64,000 nt of DNA from Candidatus Methylophosphatis roskildensis (GTDB taxonomy: Bacteria > Pseudomonadota > Gammaproteobacteria > Burkholderiales > Rhodocyclaceae). The stretch spans positions 12,254 through 76,253 of the forward strand of contig JADJEV010000001.1 in NCBI GenBank assembly GCA_016708905.1. Direction: 5' to 3'. A model generated the notes under the pieces. That model saw only the letters and a program-made list of their open reading frames with translations. It made no database searches and was not told where the DNA came from. Below, in pieces: positions 20,924-30,790 of this stretch. The stretch's first letter is position 1. Every line of letters begins with the position of its first letter. The translations under genes were made by a program, and so were the position numbers.

Positions 20924-21300
20924 TGCGACTGCTGCTGGATACCCACGTGTTTCTCTGGTCGGTTACGGACAACAGGAAGCTGAAACGGGCCGCCCGCGAC
21001 TTCATTCTTGCTGCCGACGAGGTCTACGTATCGGCCGCATCGATCTGGGAAATCGCCATCAAGGCCCACCTTGGAAAAATCGAGGGAGACCCCGAAGAGC
21101 TGGCCGAGGCGATCGAGCCGAGCGGATTCCATGAACTGCCGGTCACGGCTCGACATGGCGCGGCGGTGGCGCGCCTGCCCGCGCTCCATGCTGATCCATT
21201 CGACCGTCTGCTCGTGGCGCAAGCGATGTCCGAGCCACTGCGGTTTCTGACGGCTGATTCGATGCTGAGCAAATACAGCGAGCTGGTCGATCTCGCGTAG
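20923..21300 (+). CDS. vapC: PIN-domain toxin VapC
   Basis: MRLLLDTHVFLW..SAASIWEIAIK..DPFDRLLVAQA. Confidence 0.85.
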   Translation: MRLLLDTHVFLWSVTDNRKLKRAARDFILAADEVYVSAASIWEIAIKAHLGKIEGDPEELAEAIEPSGFHELPVTARHGAAVARLPALHADPFDRLLVAQAMSEPLRFLTADSMLSKYSELVDLA

Positions 21301-21579
21301 CTTGGAGTCTGTCCTGGCGGCGATATCTTCCAGACGAGTGTCGGCGCAACATCCGACTACCATTGCGCCGAACGAAGTCGCGAACCGCGGCGCAGTCCGG
21401 CGCGTTTCTCTGGCCCGCTCGAGCGTGCCGGGAAAGCAGCTTGGCAGAATATCATCGAGGGGTGGCCGGCAAGCCGCATGAATGCTGGCCCGCTAGGCAG
21501 GCATGCCCCGGAGCCAATATGGGAGCGGCTCTCCAGGCAGGCATGCCTGTGAGGTCCGTTGCATGCGGCTCTCAGGCCA

Positions 21580-22905
21580 TCAGGGTTCGAGCAGGGCGTT
21601 GATCTGCTGCACGTCGTCCTCGCCCAGCGAGCCGGCGGCCGCCTTCAGGCGCAGTTGCGCGAGCAGGGTGTCGTAGCGTGCCTTGAACAGGTCGCGCCGG
21701 GTGGTGGAGAGCTGCTGCTGGGCGTTCAACACATCGATGTTGATGCGCACACCGACTTCGTAGCCGAGCTTGTTCGAATCGAGCGCCGATTGCGAGGACA
21801 CCAACGCCGCTTCCAGCGCCTTGACCTGGGCAGTGCCGCTGCTGACGCCGAGGTAGGCCTGGCTGGCCGACAGCGCGGCGGCGCGGCGGGCGGATTCCAG
21901 ATCGCTCATCGCCTTCAGATTGAGCGCGGCGGCCTCGCGCTCGCGCGAGACGACCAGCCCGCCTTGATAGAGCGGCACCGCCACTTGCAGGCCGATGACG
22001 TTCGAATCGCTCTCGGAGGTGCCGAGCGAAACACTGGTCGAGCCGAGCCCCTTGGTGTGATTACGCGAGGCGACCAGATCGACGGTCGGATAGTGGCCGG
22101 CGCGCTGGCGGTCAATCTCGCGCGCGGCGATCTCGAGCCCGGCCTGCTGGGCCTGCACCGTGTAGCTGCTCTGCTCGGCGGCCGAGATCCACTTCTGCAC
22201 ATCGTCGGGTTCCGGCCGGTTGATCTGCACGGTCGGCTTGAGCGCCTTCAAGGCCTCGGGCTCCTTGCCGATCACCTGGCGCAGCGCCTGGCGCTTGATG
22301 TCGAGATCGCTTTGCGCGGCGATCTCCTGCGCCACGGTCAAGTCGTAACGCGACTGCGCTTCGTGGGTGTCGACGATGGTCGAGGTGCCGACCTCGAAGT
22401 TGCGCTTGGCCTGTTCGAGCTGTTCGGCGATCGCCTTCTTCTGCGCCTGCGCCACGGTCAGGGTGTCCTGCGCCAGCAGCACGTCGAAATAGGCCTGCGA
22501 GACGCGCAGAACCAGATCCTGTCCCGCCTGCGAGAACACCGCTTCGGATTGGGCGACCTGCAGTTTCGACTGGTCGTAGGCGACCAAGTTCTGCCAGCGG
22601 AACAGCGGCTGGGTCAGTTGCAGCGTATAGCCGTTGGAATTGAACCGCGAATCGGCGGAAGTCGGCCGCTTGAGTTCGACGTCGTTCCAGTTGGTGTTGG
22701 CGGAAAAGCCGATCGTCGGCAGCAGGCCGGCGCGGCCTTGCGGAATCCGCTCGCGGCCGGCGTCGAGCTGCGCGCGCGCCGCGGCGAACTGGCTGTCGTT
22801 GGCGAGCGCGTCGCGATAGGTTTGCAGCAGATCCGCGGCACCCGCGCCGTGCGCAAAGAGCGACGATGCCGTCAGTCCGATGGTGATCCAGTTCCTGCGC
22901 TGCAT
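21580..22905 (-). CDS. tolC: TolC-family outer membrane channel
   Basis: 441 aa with a signal peptide, then DLLQTYRDALANDSQFAAARAQLDAGRERIPQGRAGLLPTIG.. Two repeated TolC halves. Confidence 0.9.
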   Translation of the reverse strand: MQRRNWITIGLTASSLFAHGAGAADLLQTYRDALANDSQFAAARAQLDAGRERIPQGRAGLLPTIGFSANTNWNDVELKRPTSADSRFNSNGYTLQLTQPLFRWQNLVAYDQSKLQVAQSEAVFSQAGQDLVLRVSQAYFDVLLAQDTLTVAQAQKKAIAEQLEQAKRNFEVGTSTIVDTHEAQSRYDLTVAQEIAAQSDLDIKRQALRQVIGKEPEALKALKPTVQINRPEPDDVQKWISAAEQSSYTVQAQQAGLEIAAREIDRQRAGHYPTVDLVASRNHTKGLGSTSVSLGTSESDSNVIGLQVAVPLYQGGLVVSREREAAALNLKAMSDLESARRAAALSASQAYLGVSSGTAQVKALEAALVSSQSALDSNKLGYEVGVRINIDVLNAQQQLSTTRRDLFKARYDTLLAQLRLKAAAGSLGEDDVQQINALLEP

Positions 22906-22930
22906 GCGGTTCTCCAGTTGCCTTGGGAAT

Positions 22931-23248
22931 TCAGTAGGTCGGCATCGCCGGATCGACGCTGCGCGCCCAGGCGGCGACGCCGCCGCTCAGATTGACGACG
23001 TTGGCGAAACCTCTCGATTCGAGGAACAGCCCGACCTGCATGCTGCGCGCGCCATGGTGGCAGATGCAGACGATGCGCATGTCCGGATCGAGTTCGCCCA
23101 GGCGCAGCGGAATCGTCTGCATCGGCATCAGTTGCGAGCCTTCGATGCGACAGTGATCGAACTCCCACGGCTCGCGCACGTCGAGCAGCAGCGGCTTGTC
23201 GCCGGCTTCGAGTTCCTGGGCCAATTGGGTCGGCGTGATCTGCTGCAT
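22931..23248 (-). CDS. rhodanese-domain protein
   Basis: MQQITPTQLAQEL..LLLDVREPWEF..IVCICHHGARS..NLSGGVAAW. Start taken at the internal ATG 23248. Confidence 0.8.
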   Translation of the reverse strand: MQQITPTQLAQELEAGDKPLLLDVREPWEFDHCRIEGSQLMPMQTIPLRLGELDPDMRIVCICHHGARSMQVGLFLESRGFANVVNLSGGVAAWARSVDPAMPTY

Positions 23249-23264
23249 GACGATTCCCGTCGCT

Positions 23265-23924
23265 TCAAAATACGAACCGGTCCTTGCGCGGCGCGTTGTC
23301 GAGGGGGGCGACATTGGTCTCGAACAGATTGACCGTCTGATAAGCGCCCTCGGCGGTACAGGTGACCAATTGGGCCGTCATGGCCGGCGCATCACCGACG
23401 ATCGCGCACAGGCGCCCGCCGAGCTTGAGCTGGGCCAGCAGTTCGTGCGGCAGCATCGGCAGCGAGCCGGTGACCACGATCACGTCATAGGGCGCGTGCA
23501 GCGGCCAGCCGCGCACGGCATCGCCCTGGTCGACCGAGACGTTGGTGACGTGTGCCCGCTCGAGATTGGCGCGCGCCATCGTCACCAGGGCGGGATCGAT
23601 GTCGACGGCGTGAACCTGCTCCACCCGCGCGCCGAGCAGCGCGGCCAGGTAGCCCGAACCGGCGCCGACCTGCAGCACCTTGTCGGCGCGGCGCGGCGAC
23701 ACGGCCTGCAGCATGCGCGCTTCGACCTTGGGCTCCAGCATGCTCCGGCCATTGCCGAGCGGCACCTCGATATCGGCGAAGGCGAGATTGCGGTAGGCCG
23801 GCGGTACGAAATTCTCGCGCTTGACGGCAAACAGCAGGTCCAGCACATCCTGGTCGAGCACATCCCACGGCCGGATCTGCTGCTCGACCATGTTGAAGCG
23901 CGCCCGCTCGAAATCCATGTTCAT
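23265..23924 (-). CDS. protein-L-isoaspartate O-methyltransferase-like methyltransferase
   Basis: MNMDFERARFNMVEQQIRPWDV.. with SAM motif VLQVGAGSGYLAALL. Sits in a pcm-like / rhodanese / tolC gene order. Confidence 0.8.
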   Translation of the reverse strand: MNMDFERARFNMVEQQIRPWDVLDQDVLDLLFAVKRENFVPPAYRNLAFADIEVPLGNGRSMLEPKVEARMLQAVSPRRADKVLQVGAGSGYLAALLGARVEQVHAVDIDPALVTMARANLERAHVTNVSVDQGDAVRGWPLHAPYDVIVVTGSLPMLPHELLAQLKLGGRLCAIVGDAPAMTAQLVTCTAEGAYQTVNLFETNVAPLDNAPRKDRFVF

Positions 23925-24025
23925 CTTTTTTGCTCCCTGGTTGCCGATCACGGTGCATCACCGTGCGCCATATTCAAGCCTTGGCATTTTACCTGCTCGG
24001 GACGATCTGCCGCGCGGCGAGGCGC

Positions 24026-27000
24026 TCAAATATTCGCAGCGCCTGCTGGATCGGCCGCCGCCGGTCTGGAATCCGCCGCCGAGGGCGCGGCGGGCGCAGG
24101 CTCGTCGCGCCGGACGCGGAACCACGCCGCGTAAAGCGCCGGCAGGAACAGCAGCGTCAGCACGGTGGCGACCAGCAGGCCGCCCATGATCGCCATCGCC
24201 ATCGGGCCCCAGAAAATCGAGCGGGTCAGCGGGATCATCGCCAGGATCGCCGCCGCCGCGGTCAGCATGATCGGCCGGAAACGTCGCACCGCTGCACCAA
24301 CGATCGCATCCCAGCGCGTCCGCCCGGCGGCGATGTCCTGCTCGATCTGGTCGATCAAGATCACCGAATTGCGCATGATCATGCCGGCCAGCGCGATCAC
24401 GCCCAGGGTCGCCACGAAGCCGAACGGCGCCTGGAAGGCGATCAGCGCCAGCGCCGCGCCGATGATGCCCAGCGGGGCGGTCAGGAACACCAGCAGGCTG
24501 CGCTGGAAGCTGTGCAACTGAAGCATCAGCAGGGTCAGGATGATCACCACCAGCAGCGGCATGTTCGCATTAATGCTGTCCTGGCCGCTCTTGCTCTCCT
24601 CGATCGCGCCGGCGATCTCGATCCGGTAGCCGGGCTGCATGGCGCGGCGGATGTCGTCGAGCTTGGGATCGATCAGCATCGCGGCATGGGGCCCCTGGAT
24701 GCCATCCTTGACTTCCGACTGCACGGTGATCGTCGGCTCGCGACCCTGGCGCCAGATGATGCCGGGCTCCCATACCAGTTCGCCGCGCGCCAGTTGCGAC
24801 AACGGCACCGAACGCCCGTTGCCGGCCGGAATGTTGGCGTCGTAGAGCCGGTCGATCACGCTGCGCTCGCGTTCCGGCTGGCGCATGACGATGTCGATCA
24901 ACCGGTCGCCTTCGCGGAAGGTACCGATGGTCGTGCCGGTCAGCACCGTCTGGGCGGCACGGGCCAGCGTCTGCGAGCTGATGCCGAGCGCCCGCGCCTT
25001 GTCCTGGTCGAGATCGAGGCGCAGCACCTTGATCTGTTCGTTCCAGTTGTCATTGACGCCGACGGTGTTGGGATCGGCCCGCATCACATCCTTGACCTGG
25101 TCGGCGTACTTGCGCACCAGCGCGGCATCCGGGCCCTTGACACGGAACTGCACCGGGTAGGCCACCGGCGGCCCGTTCGGCAGCAGGTTGACGCGACCGC
25201 GCACGTCGGGGAATTCGGCCGCGAACACCGCCTTCATCTTCTCGCGCACCCGCTCGCGCGCCGCCACGTCTTTGGTCAGGACGAAGAGCTGGGCGAAGTT
25301 GGCGTGGGTCAGTTGCTGATCGAGCGGCAGGAAGAAGCGCGGACTGCCGGTGCCGACATAGGTGACGTAGTTGACGACATCGGGCGCCACGTCTTCGCGC
25401 TGGAGGAAGGCCTCGAAGCGCCTGGCCTCGCGTTCGGACGCCGCAAAGCCGGCGCCTTCCGGCAGCCACAGCTCGACATTGAGTTCCTCGCGATTCGAGT
25501 CGGGGAAGAACTGCTGCTGGATGAAGCGGAAGCCGAAAATTCCGAGCGCGAACACCGCAAGGGTGATCACGATCACGGTCTTGCGCTGGTCGACGCACCA
25601 GTCGACCAGGGCGCGGAATCTGCGGTAGCCGGGCGAATCGAAAGGATCGTGCGGCCCGCCTGCGGGCGGCTTTTCGTTGAGCAGCAGGAAACCAATGTAA
25701 GGGGTGAAGAACACCGCCGCGATCCAGCTCGTGATCAGAGCGATCGCGTTGACGGCGAAGATCGAGAACGTGTACTCGCCGGCAACCGACTTGGCGATGC
25801 CGACCGGCAGAAAGCCCGCGACGGTGATCAGGGTACCGGTCAGCATCGGCATCGCGGTGGATCGGTAGGCGAAGGTCGCGGCCTCGAGCCGCTCGTAGCC
25901 CTCTTCGAGCTTGCGCACCATCATCTCGACGACGATGATCGCGTCATCGACCAGCAGGCCCAGCGCGATGATCAGCGCGCCGAGCGAGATCTTCTGGAAA
26001 TCGATGCCGAACACCCACATGCAAAGAAAGGTCACCGCCAGCACCAGCGGGATCGTCAGCGCGACCACCAGCCCCGGCCGCATGTCGACGCGCAGCGGAT
26101 GCCGGTGCAGGCCGAGCGACAGGAAGCTCACTGCGAGCACGATCAGCACCGCCTCGCTGAGTGTGCGCAGGAATTCGCCGACCGAACGCTTGACCACCCG
26201 CGGCTGGTCGGCAACCTGCGCGACCTCGATGCCGACCGGCAGGTCGTTGCGGATCTTCGCCATCGCCTGTTCGAGGTTGAGGCCGAGCTTCACGATGTCG
26301 CCGCCCTTGGCCATCGACACGCCGACGCCGATGACCTCCTTGCCGTTGAAGCGCATCTTCTGCACCGGCGGATCGGCATAGGCGCGCGTCACGGTGGCGA
26401 AGTCACCGAGGCGAAAGGCGTTGCTGTTGCCCGGCACGCGCAGCACCAAATTCTCCAGGTCGCGCTCGTCGCGGAACTGGCCGGATACGCGCACCTGCAG
26501 GTCCGACTCCGGCGTGATCAGCGTGCCGGCCGGCTCGATGACGTTCTGCGCATTGAGTGCGGCAATCACCTGCTCGATGCCGATGCCCATCTGCGCGAAT
26601 TTCTTGTGCGAGAACTCGACGAAAACCTTCTCGTCCTGCACGCCGAACAATTCGACCTTGGCGACGAAGGGAACGTGCAGCAACTGCTGGCGCGCGTAAT
26701 CGACGTAGTCCTTGAGTTCGTGATAGGAGAATCCGTCAGCCGAGAAGGCGTAGAGCGAGCCGTAGGTATCGCCGAACTCGTCGTTGAAGAACGGGCCCTG
26801 GGTGCCGGCAGGCAACTGGTTGCGGATGTCGCCGACCTTCTTGCGCACCTGATACCAGATGCCCGCCACTTCCTTGGGCGGCACACTGCCGAGCAGCACG
26901 ACGAAGATCAGCGACTCGCCCGGCTTGGAGTAGCTGCGGATCTTGTCGACGTAGGGCGTCTCCTGCAGCTTGCGTTCGATGCGGTCGGTCAGTTGCTCTT

Positions 27001-27187
27001 CGACCTGGCGCGCGGTTGCGCCCGGCAGCCGCGAACTCACCACCATGACGCGGAAGGTGAACTCCGGATCCTCGTTCTGGCCGAGCTGGAAGTAGGCGAA
27101 CACACCACCGAGCAACAGCACCACCAGCAGATAGCGCGTCAGCGCGGCGTGACGAATCGCCCATTCCGAGATATTGAAGCCGCGCAT
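24026..27187 (-). CDS. RND efflux transporter permease (AcrB family)
   Basis: 1053 aa, typical AcrB-type N-terminus MRGFNISEWAIRHAALTRYLL.. and 12-TM architecture. Confidence 0.9.
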   Translation of the reverse strand: MRGFNISEWAIRHAALTRYLLVVLLLGGVFAYFQLGQNEDPEFTFRVMVVSSRLPGATARQVEEQLTDRIERKLQETPYVDKIRSYSKPGESLIFVVLLGSVPPKEVAGIWYQVRKKVGDIRNQLPAGTQGPFFNDEFGDTYGSLYAFSADGFSYHELKDYVDYARQQLLHVPFVAKVELFGVQDEKVFVEFSHKKFAQMGIGIEQVIAALNAQNVIEPAGTLITPESDLQVRVSGQFRDERDLENLVLRVPGNSNAFRLGDFATVTRAYADPPVQKMRFNGKEVIGVGVSMAKGGDIVKLGLNLEQAMAKIRNDLPVGIEVAQVADQPRVVKRSVGEFLRTLSEAVLIVLAVSFLSLGLHRHPLRVDMRPGLVVALTIPLVLAVTFLCMWVFGIDFQKISLGALIIALGLLVDDAIIVVEMMVRKLEEGYERLEAATFAYRSTAMPMLTGTLITVAGFLPVGIAKSVAGEYTFSIFAVNAIALITSWIAAVFFTPYIGFLLLNEKPPAGGPHDPFDSPGYRRFRALVDWCVDQRKTVIVITLAVFALGIFGFRFIQQQFFPDSNREELNVELWLPEGAGFAASEREARRFEAFLQREDVAPDVVNYVTYVGTGSPRFFLPLDQQLTHANFAQLFVLTKDVAARERVREKMKAVFAAEFPDVRGRVNLLPNGPPVAYPVQFRVKGPDAALVRKYADQVKDVMRADPNTVGVNDNWNEQIKVLRLDLDQDKARALGISSQTLARAAQTVLTGTTIGTFREGDRLIDIVMRQPERERSVIDRLYDANIPAGNGRSVPLSQLARGELVWEPGIIWRQGREPTITVQSEVKDGIQGPHAAMLIDPKLDDIRRAMQPGYRIEIAGAIEESKSGQDSINANMPLLVVIILTLLMLQLHSFQRSLLVFLTAPLGIIGAALALIAFQAPFGFVATLGVIALAGMIMRNSVILIDQIEQDIAAGRTRWDAIVGAAVRRFRPIMLTAAAAILAMIPLTRSIFWGPMAMAIMGGLLVATVLTLLFLPALYAAWFRVRRDEPAPAAPSAADSRPAAADPAGAANI

Positions 27188-27191
27188 CGGC

Positions 27192-28328
27192 TCAGCTTCC
27201 GGCCTTCGCGGCCGCGGGTGCCGTGGCGGGAGCGGCCGCCGGCCGGGACGGCTCGTCGCTCAGCAACCTGACCTTCTGCCCCGGCTGCAGCAGATGCGCC
27301 CCGGCGGTCACGACCACCTGGCCGGGCGCCAGGCCGTTGCTGAGAAGCGCGTCGTTGCCGTTCGGCCCGGCAATGGTCACCGGTACGCTGCGCACAGTGG
27401 AGGACGCCGGATCGAGCACCCACACCATGGTATGCTCGCCCGTCTTCAGCAACGCCGACAGGGGCACGCGGATCAGCGGCACCGGCGTTTGCGCGGAAAA
27501 GCGGACGTTGGCCGTCATGCCCCAGCGCATCCCGGCCGGCGGATCGGCCACCGCTACCCGAACCGCATAGGTCCGGGTGGCCGGGTCGGCGGCGGGTGCG
27601 GTCTCGCGGATCCGGCCATTGGACACACGCCCCGGCGCGGCCCACAGAGACACTTCGACGCGCTTGGCGGCGCGAACCGCTTCGACCTGGTCCTCGGGCA
27701 CGCCGATGGCGATCTCCTTTTCGGCGGTCTGCGCCAGCCTGACCACGGTCTGGCCCGACGTCACCACCTGCCCAGCCTCGGCCTCGACCGCCGTGATCAC
27801 GCCGTCGGCATCGGCGCGGAGCGCCGCGTACTCGGCCTGATTGTCCTGAATGCCCAGTTGGGCGCGCACGGCATTGAGCTGCGCCAGCGCGCTGTCATGA
27901 GCGGCCTGGCGGCGGTCAAGTTCGGCCTGGCTGATGAAGTTCTTCGCCCGCAGGTCGCGGTAGCGCGCCAGATCGGCCTTCGCGAGTTCGTACTGGCTGA
28001 CCGCAGCCGTGACATTCGATCGCGCCGCTGCTTCGGCGAGCTTGAGGTCTTGCGGATCGAGCTGGGCCAGCACCTGCCCCTTCTTCACCTGCGCGCCGAC
28101 GTCGACCAGTCGGCGCAGGATCTTGCCGCCGACACGAAAGCCCAGACGCGATTCGTAGCGCGGGCGCACCTCGCCGGAGAATTCGGCCAGCAGATCGGCG
28201 CGCTCGGCGGCGACCGTCAGCGTGCGCACGGGTCGAACCACCTCGACCACCTGCTGCTCCTTGGCGCAGCCGGCGATCAGCAGGGCTATGAGTGGCACGA
28301 GGCAGACGGAAACGACGGCACGATTCAT
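27192..28328 (-). CDS. RND efflux periplasmic adaptor (MFP) lipoprotein
   Basis: 378 aa with lipobox LIAGC. Coiled-coil and beta-barrel adaptor signature ..GQVLAQLDPQDLKLAEA.. Confidence 0.9.
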   Translation of the reverse strand: MNRAVVSVCLVPLIALLIAGCAKEQQVVEVVRPVRTLTVAAERADLLAEFSGEVRPRYESRLGFRVGGKILRRLVDVGAQVKKGQVLAQLDPQDLKLAEAAARSNVTAAVSQYELAKADLARYRDLRAKNFISQAELDRRQAAHDSALAQLNAVRAQLGIQDNQAEYAALRADADGVITAVEAEAGQVVTSGQTVVRLAQTAEKEIAIGVPEDQVEAVRAAKRVEVSLWAAPGRVSNGRIRETAPAADPATRTYAVRVAVADPPAGMRWGMTANVRFSAQTPVPLIRVPLSALLKTGEHTMVWVLDPASSTVRSVPVTIAGPNGNDALLSNGLAPGQVVVTAGAHLLQPGQKVRLLSDEPSRPAAAPATAPAAAKAGS

Positions 28329-28972
28329 CGCGGCTCCTTGGCGCCCGCCACCAGCAGGCCATGAAAGACCAGATCGAGATAGGCATCGAGATAGGCGCGC
28401 GGATCCATGCGCTTGGGCTCGCAGCAGGCGAACGAGTAGCGCCAGGTGGCAAGGTGGATCAGCGGGGCCATCAACACGTTGACGATCAGTTCGTCATTGA
28501 CGCTGCGGAACGTGCCGCGCTCGATGCCAAGCCGCAACGCCCGCCGAACCAACTCGCGGCCACGGCCCATCACCTCGTCGAAATAGAACTTCGCCACCTC
28601 GGGGAAGTTCTGCGCTTCGGCCATCATCAGCTTGGGGATTCCGCCCAGATCGGTCGCGCCGATCAGCTCCCACCAGCCGAGCAGGATCTCGCGCAGCAGG
28701 CGCTCGGGGTCGTCGCCATGGCATTGGAAGAGCGCCTCGCCCTGCTCGAGCGCCGGCACGATGCCTTCCCGAATCACTGCGGTGAACAGAGCTTCCTTGC
28801 TGTCGAAGTAGAGGTACAGCGTGCCCTTGGAAACCCCGGCGCGCGCAGCCACGTCGTCGAGCTTGGTCGCGGCGAATCCGCGCTCGACGAACAGCGACAG
28901 TGCCGCGGTCGTGAGTTCCTGCGGGCGTGCTTCCTTGCGACGGGAAAAGCGCGCGCGGGCTTCAGCGTTCAT
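28325..28972 (-). CDS. TetR-family transcriptional regulator
   Basis: 215 aa, N-terminal HTH ..ELTTAALSLFVERGFAATKLDDVAARAGVSKGTLYLYF. Overlaps the MFP start by 4 nt. Confidence 0.85.
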   Translation of the reverse strand: MNAEARARFSRRKEARPQELTTAALSLFVERGFAATKLDDVAARAGVSKGTLYLYFDSKEALFTAVIREGIVPALEQGEALFQCHGDDPERLLREILLGWWELIGATDLGGIPKLMMAEAQNFPEVAKFYFDEVMGRGRELVRRALRLGIERGTFRSVNDELIVNVLMAPLIHLATWRYSFACCEPKRMDPRAYLDAYLDLVFHGLLVAGAKEPR

Positions 28973-29022
28973 TGGCGTGTTCCGACGGTGAAGTCCGCTC
29001 CGAATCGAGCGGGATCTGCATA

Positions 29023-29048
29023 TTGATAACTAACCAGTCAGTTATCAA
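29023..29048. promoter_or_regulatory. palindromic operator candidate upstream of the tetR-RND operon
   Basis: TTGATAACT (29023-29031), an 8-nt spacer, then AGTTATCAA (29040-29048). A perfect 9-bp inverted repeat 51 bp upstream of the tetR start. Confidence 0.5.
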
Positions 29049-29079
29049 ATTACACCGTGAGCCGCCTCGCGTCAAGCTG

Positions 29080-29204
29080 CTGTTCTTCGACCGAATGCTC
29101 TGGGTGGTGCCGATGGAGTCCGGGATCCCATCAACAGGTCTCGGGGCAAGCGGACGAGTCGAAGACGCAAGCGTTGCTTTGGTCCCGGCGCAGTGGGTCG
29201 ATCC
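29080..29204. repeat. about 125-bp dispersed repeat (family B), copy 1
   Basis: CTGTTCTTCGACC..GCCGATGGAGTCCGGGA..GGACGAGTCGAA.ACG..GTCCCGGCGCAGTGGGTCGATCC aligns with 57268-57391 at roughly 80 percent identity by eye. A partial third copy lies at 31018-31032. Confidence 0.8.
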
Positions 29205-29446
29205 CGCCACGGCGTGAGCGCGGGTGCCCACGGCATTCGTTGCGATTCCGAGAGCTCTCCACGCGCCGGCCGCACGCAATTTGCCGAACAACGATTGTTG
29301 GCGCCCGAAATACTTGTGGATGCGGCGTTGGATTCCCTATCCTTGGCACGGCGCCGAAGCGCGCGAGTGCGTGGCGATTGAGAACCCGCACCGCGTCCGA
29401 TATTGGCTTACCGGACGAGTGCAGGTGGGAGCTTTCAGGTAAGAAG

Positions 29447-30790
29447 CTACAGCGACTCGAGAAACTTCAGTAGCAACTGCCGATCAGCCTCGCTCAGAGC
29501 CAGGTACGCCGCCGTCACGGGTGCCGCCTGCCCTGCATGCCGCTCGATAGCCTCTTGCTTGGTGAACGTGAGGCCATCGTGCATCAGGCGATTGCGTGTC
29601 CTCAAACCCCACAGCGGCGCCGTCCGGATCTGTTTGGCCGTACCCGCGAACTCGGGCGTCGGCTGCACCGGGATGCCGTCCCCGGTCCCGATGTCGTGAA
29701 GCAGGAAGTCGCTGTAGGGATGGAAGGCCTTGTTGCCAAGTGCGGCGGGAATCTCGAACGTGCCGCCGTTGATCTTTGTGCCGGGCGCGGCGGTCACGAG
29801 CGTGCCTACGTGGCAGGTCGCGCAGCCGGTGCTCTTGAACAGCGCTTCGCCCGCGCGTACTTCGGCGGTGATCGCGCCGCGGGGCGGCGCCTTGGTTGAG
29901 CGCATGAAGTCGGCGAACGCGATCACGTCGTCGCCGTCGTCCTCGGGGTCCGGCACCGGATCGTACTCCGTGCCGTATCCAACGAACACACCGCTCGAGG
30001 TGTTCTCCTCGGGCAGCAGCGGGCTCGTGATGCCCATCTCGTTGAGATAAGCGTCGGCAGAGAACGACACGAGGCTCCCGTGTTGGCTCTTCCAGCCCAG
30101 ACGCCCGATGCGCGTCGTACCCGGCGCTTCGAGCACCGGCGAGAGCACGGCCGTTCCGCGCATGGCGGCGGGCTGCGCATCGCGGAGGCGGAGCAAGGTA
30201 TCGTTCGAAAGCGCCTCGACGAAGCCCAGGCCGAGGGTGCTCGTCGACAGACGGAACGTGCGAATGTCGTCCTCATAAGCCACGCGTTCGACGATCGCCG
30301 CGTGCGTCGCGCGCGAGTGCACGAGCGAGCCGCCGAGAGATTCGAAGAAGTCATCGCCATTGAGGTGCCCCGTACGGTGCTCGGTGATCTGGCTGGCGCC
30401 GCCCGTGACCACATTTTCATGGCATTCGCGACAGCTCTGGGCATTGTAGACAGGGCCGATGCCGTCAGCGATCGTCTCGACCTCCTCGAAGATGAAGCGG
30501 TTGTCGTTGAACGAGCGCAGCGCTACGACGGTATCCTTGGTAAGCGTGTCGTAAGCGGGGCCTTGCTCGAGATAGCCGTTAGTCATGTTGTCGAACCCGG
30601 TCGGCGCCTCGGTCGGGCGCGGCGACGGCGGGCGCCTCCCACCGCGGCCATCGGTGGTGCTGGCCTCTTCGCTCGGCGCGGTCCGTCCAACTCGGAAACG
30701 ATCGCGACGGTTGTCGGCGTCGGCCTGATCGACGGCAATCAGAGTGCTCAGGGCAACGCCCGCAGTGAGCGACAAAATAGAGTTGCGCAT
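29447..30790 (-). CDS. di-heme oxidoreductase / putative peroxidase (DUF1111 family)
   Basis: 447 aa with a signal peptide and two CxxCH motifs (CRECH, CATCH). C-terminal ..RTAPLWGLRTRNRLMHDG.. is typical of DUF1111. Confidence 0.8.
   Translation of the reverse strand: MRNSILSLTAGVALSTLIAVDQADADNRRDRFRVGRTAPSEEASTTDGRGGRRPPSPRPTEAPTGFDNMTNGYLEQGPAYDTLTKDTVVALRSFNDNRFIFEEVETIADGIGPVYNAQSCRECHENVVTGGASQITEHRTGHLNGDDFFESLGGSLVHSRATHAAIVERVAYEDDIRTFRLSTSTLGLGFVEALSNDTLLRLRDAQPAAMRGTAVLSPVLEAPGTTRIGRLGWKSQHGSLVSFSADAYLNEMGITSPLLPEENTSSGVFVGYGTEYDPVPDPEDDGDDVIAFADFMRSTKAPPRGAITAEVRAGEALFKSTGCATCHVGTLVTAAPGTKINGGTFEIPAALGNKAFHPYSDFLLHDIGTGDGIPVQPTPEFAGTAKQIRTAPLWGLRTRNRLMHDGLTFTKQEAIERHAGQAAPVTAAYLALSEADRQLLLKFLESL

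Noticed and set aside
23930-27271. Very long ORFs lying antisense to recognised genes. Examples:
- 23930..27271 (+, 1113 aa, opposite the RND pump)
- 8396..10204 (-, opposite SNF2)
- 21559..22995 (+, opposite tolC)
- 5695..7032 (-, opposite thiC)
- 32478..34274 (-, opposite cimA)
- 15745..17190 (+)
- 27174..28364 (+)
- 35773..36750 (-)
   Set aside because: The opposite strand encodes proteins with unmistakable family signatures. The antisense translations are Arg/Ala/Gly/Pro-rich with no motifs. Long open antisense frames are expected in GC-rich DNA.
29190-29204. GTGGGTCGATCC in the family B repeats (also 31021-31032 and 57379-57391) as a tRNA T-arm or integrase att remnant
   Set aside because: The flanking bases do not form a T stem or an acceptor stem. 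No integrase is nearby and no full tRNA could be folded by eye.
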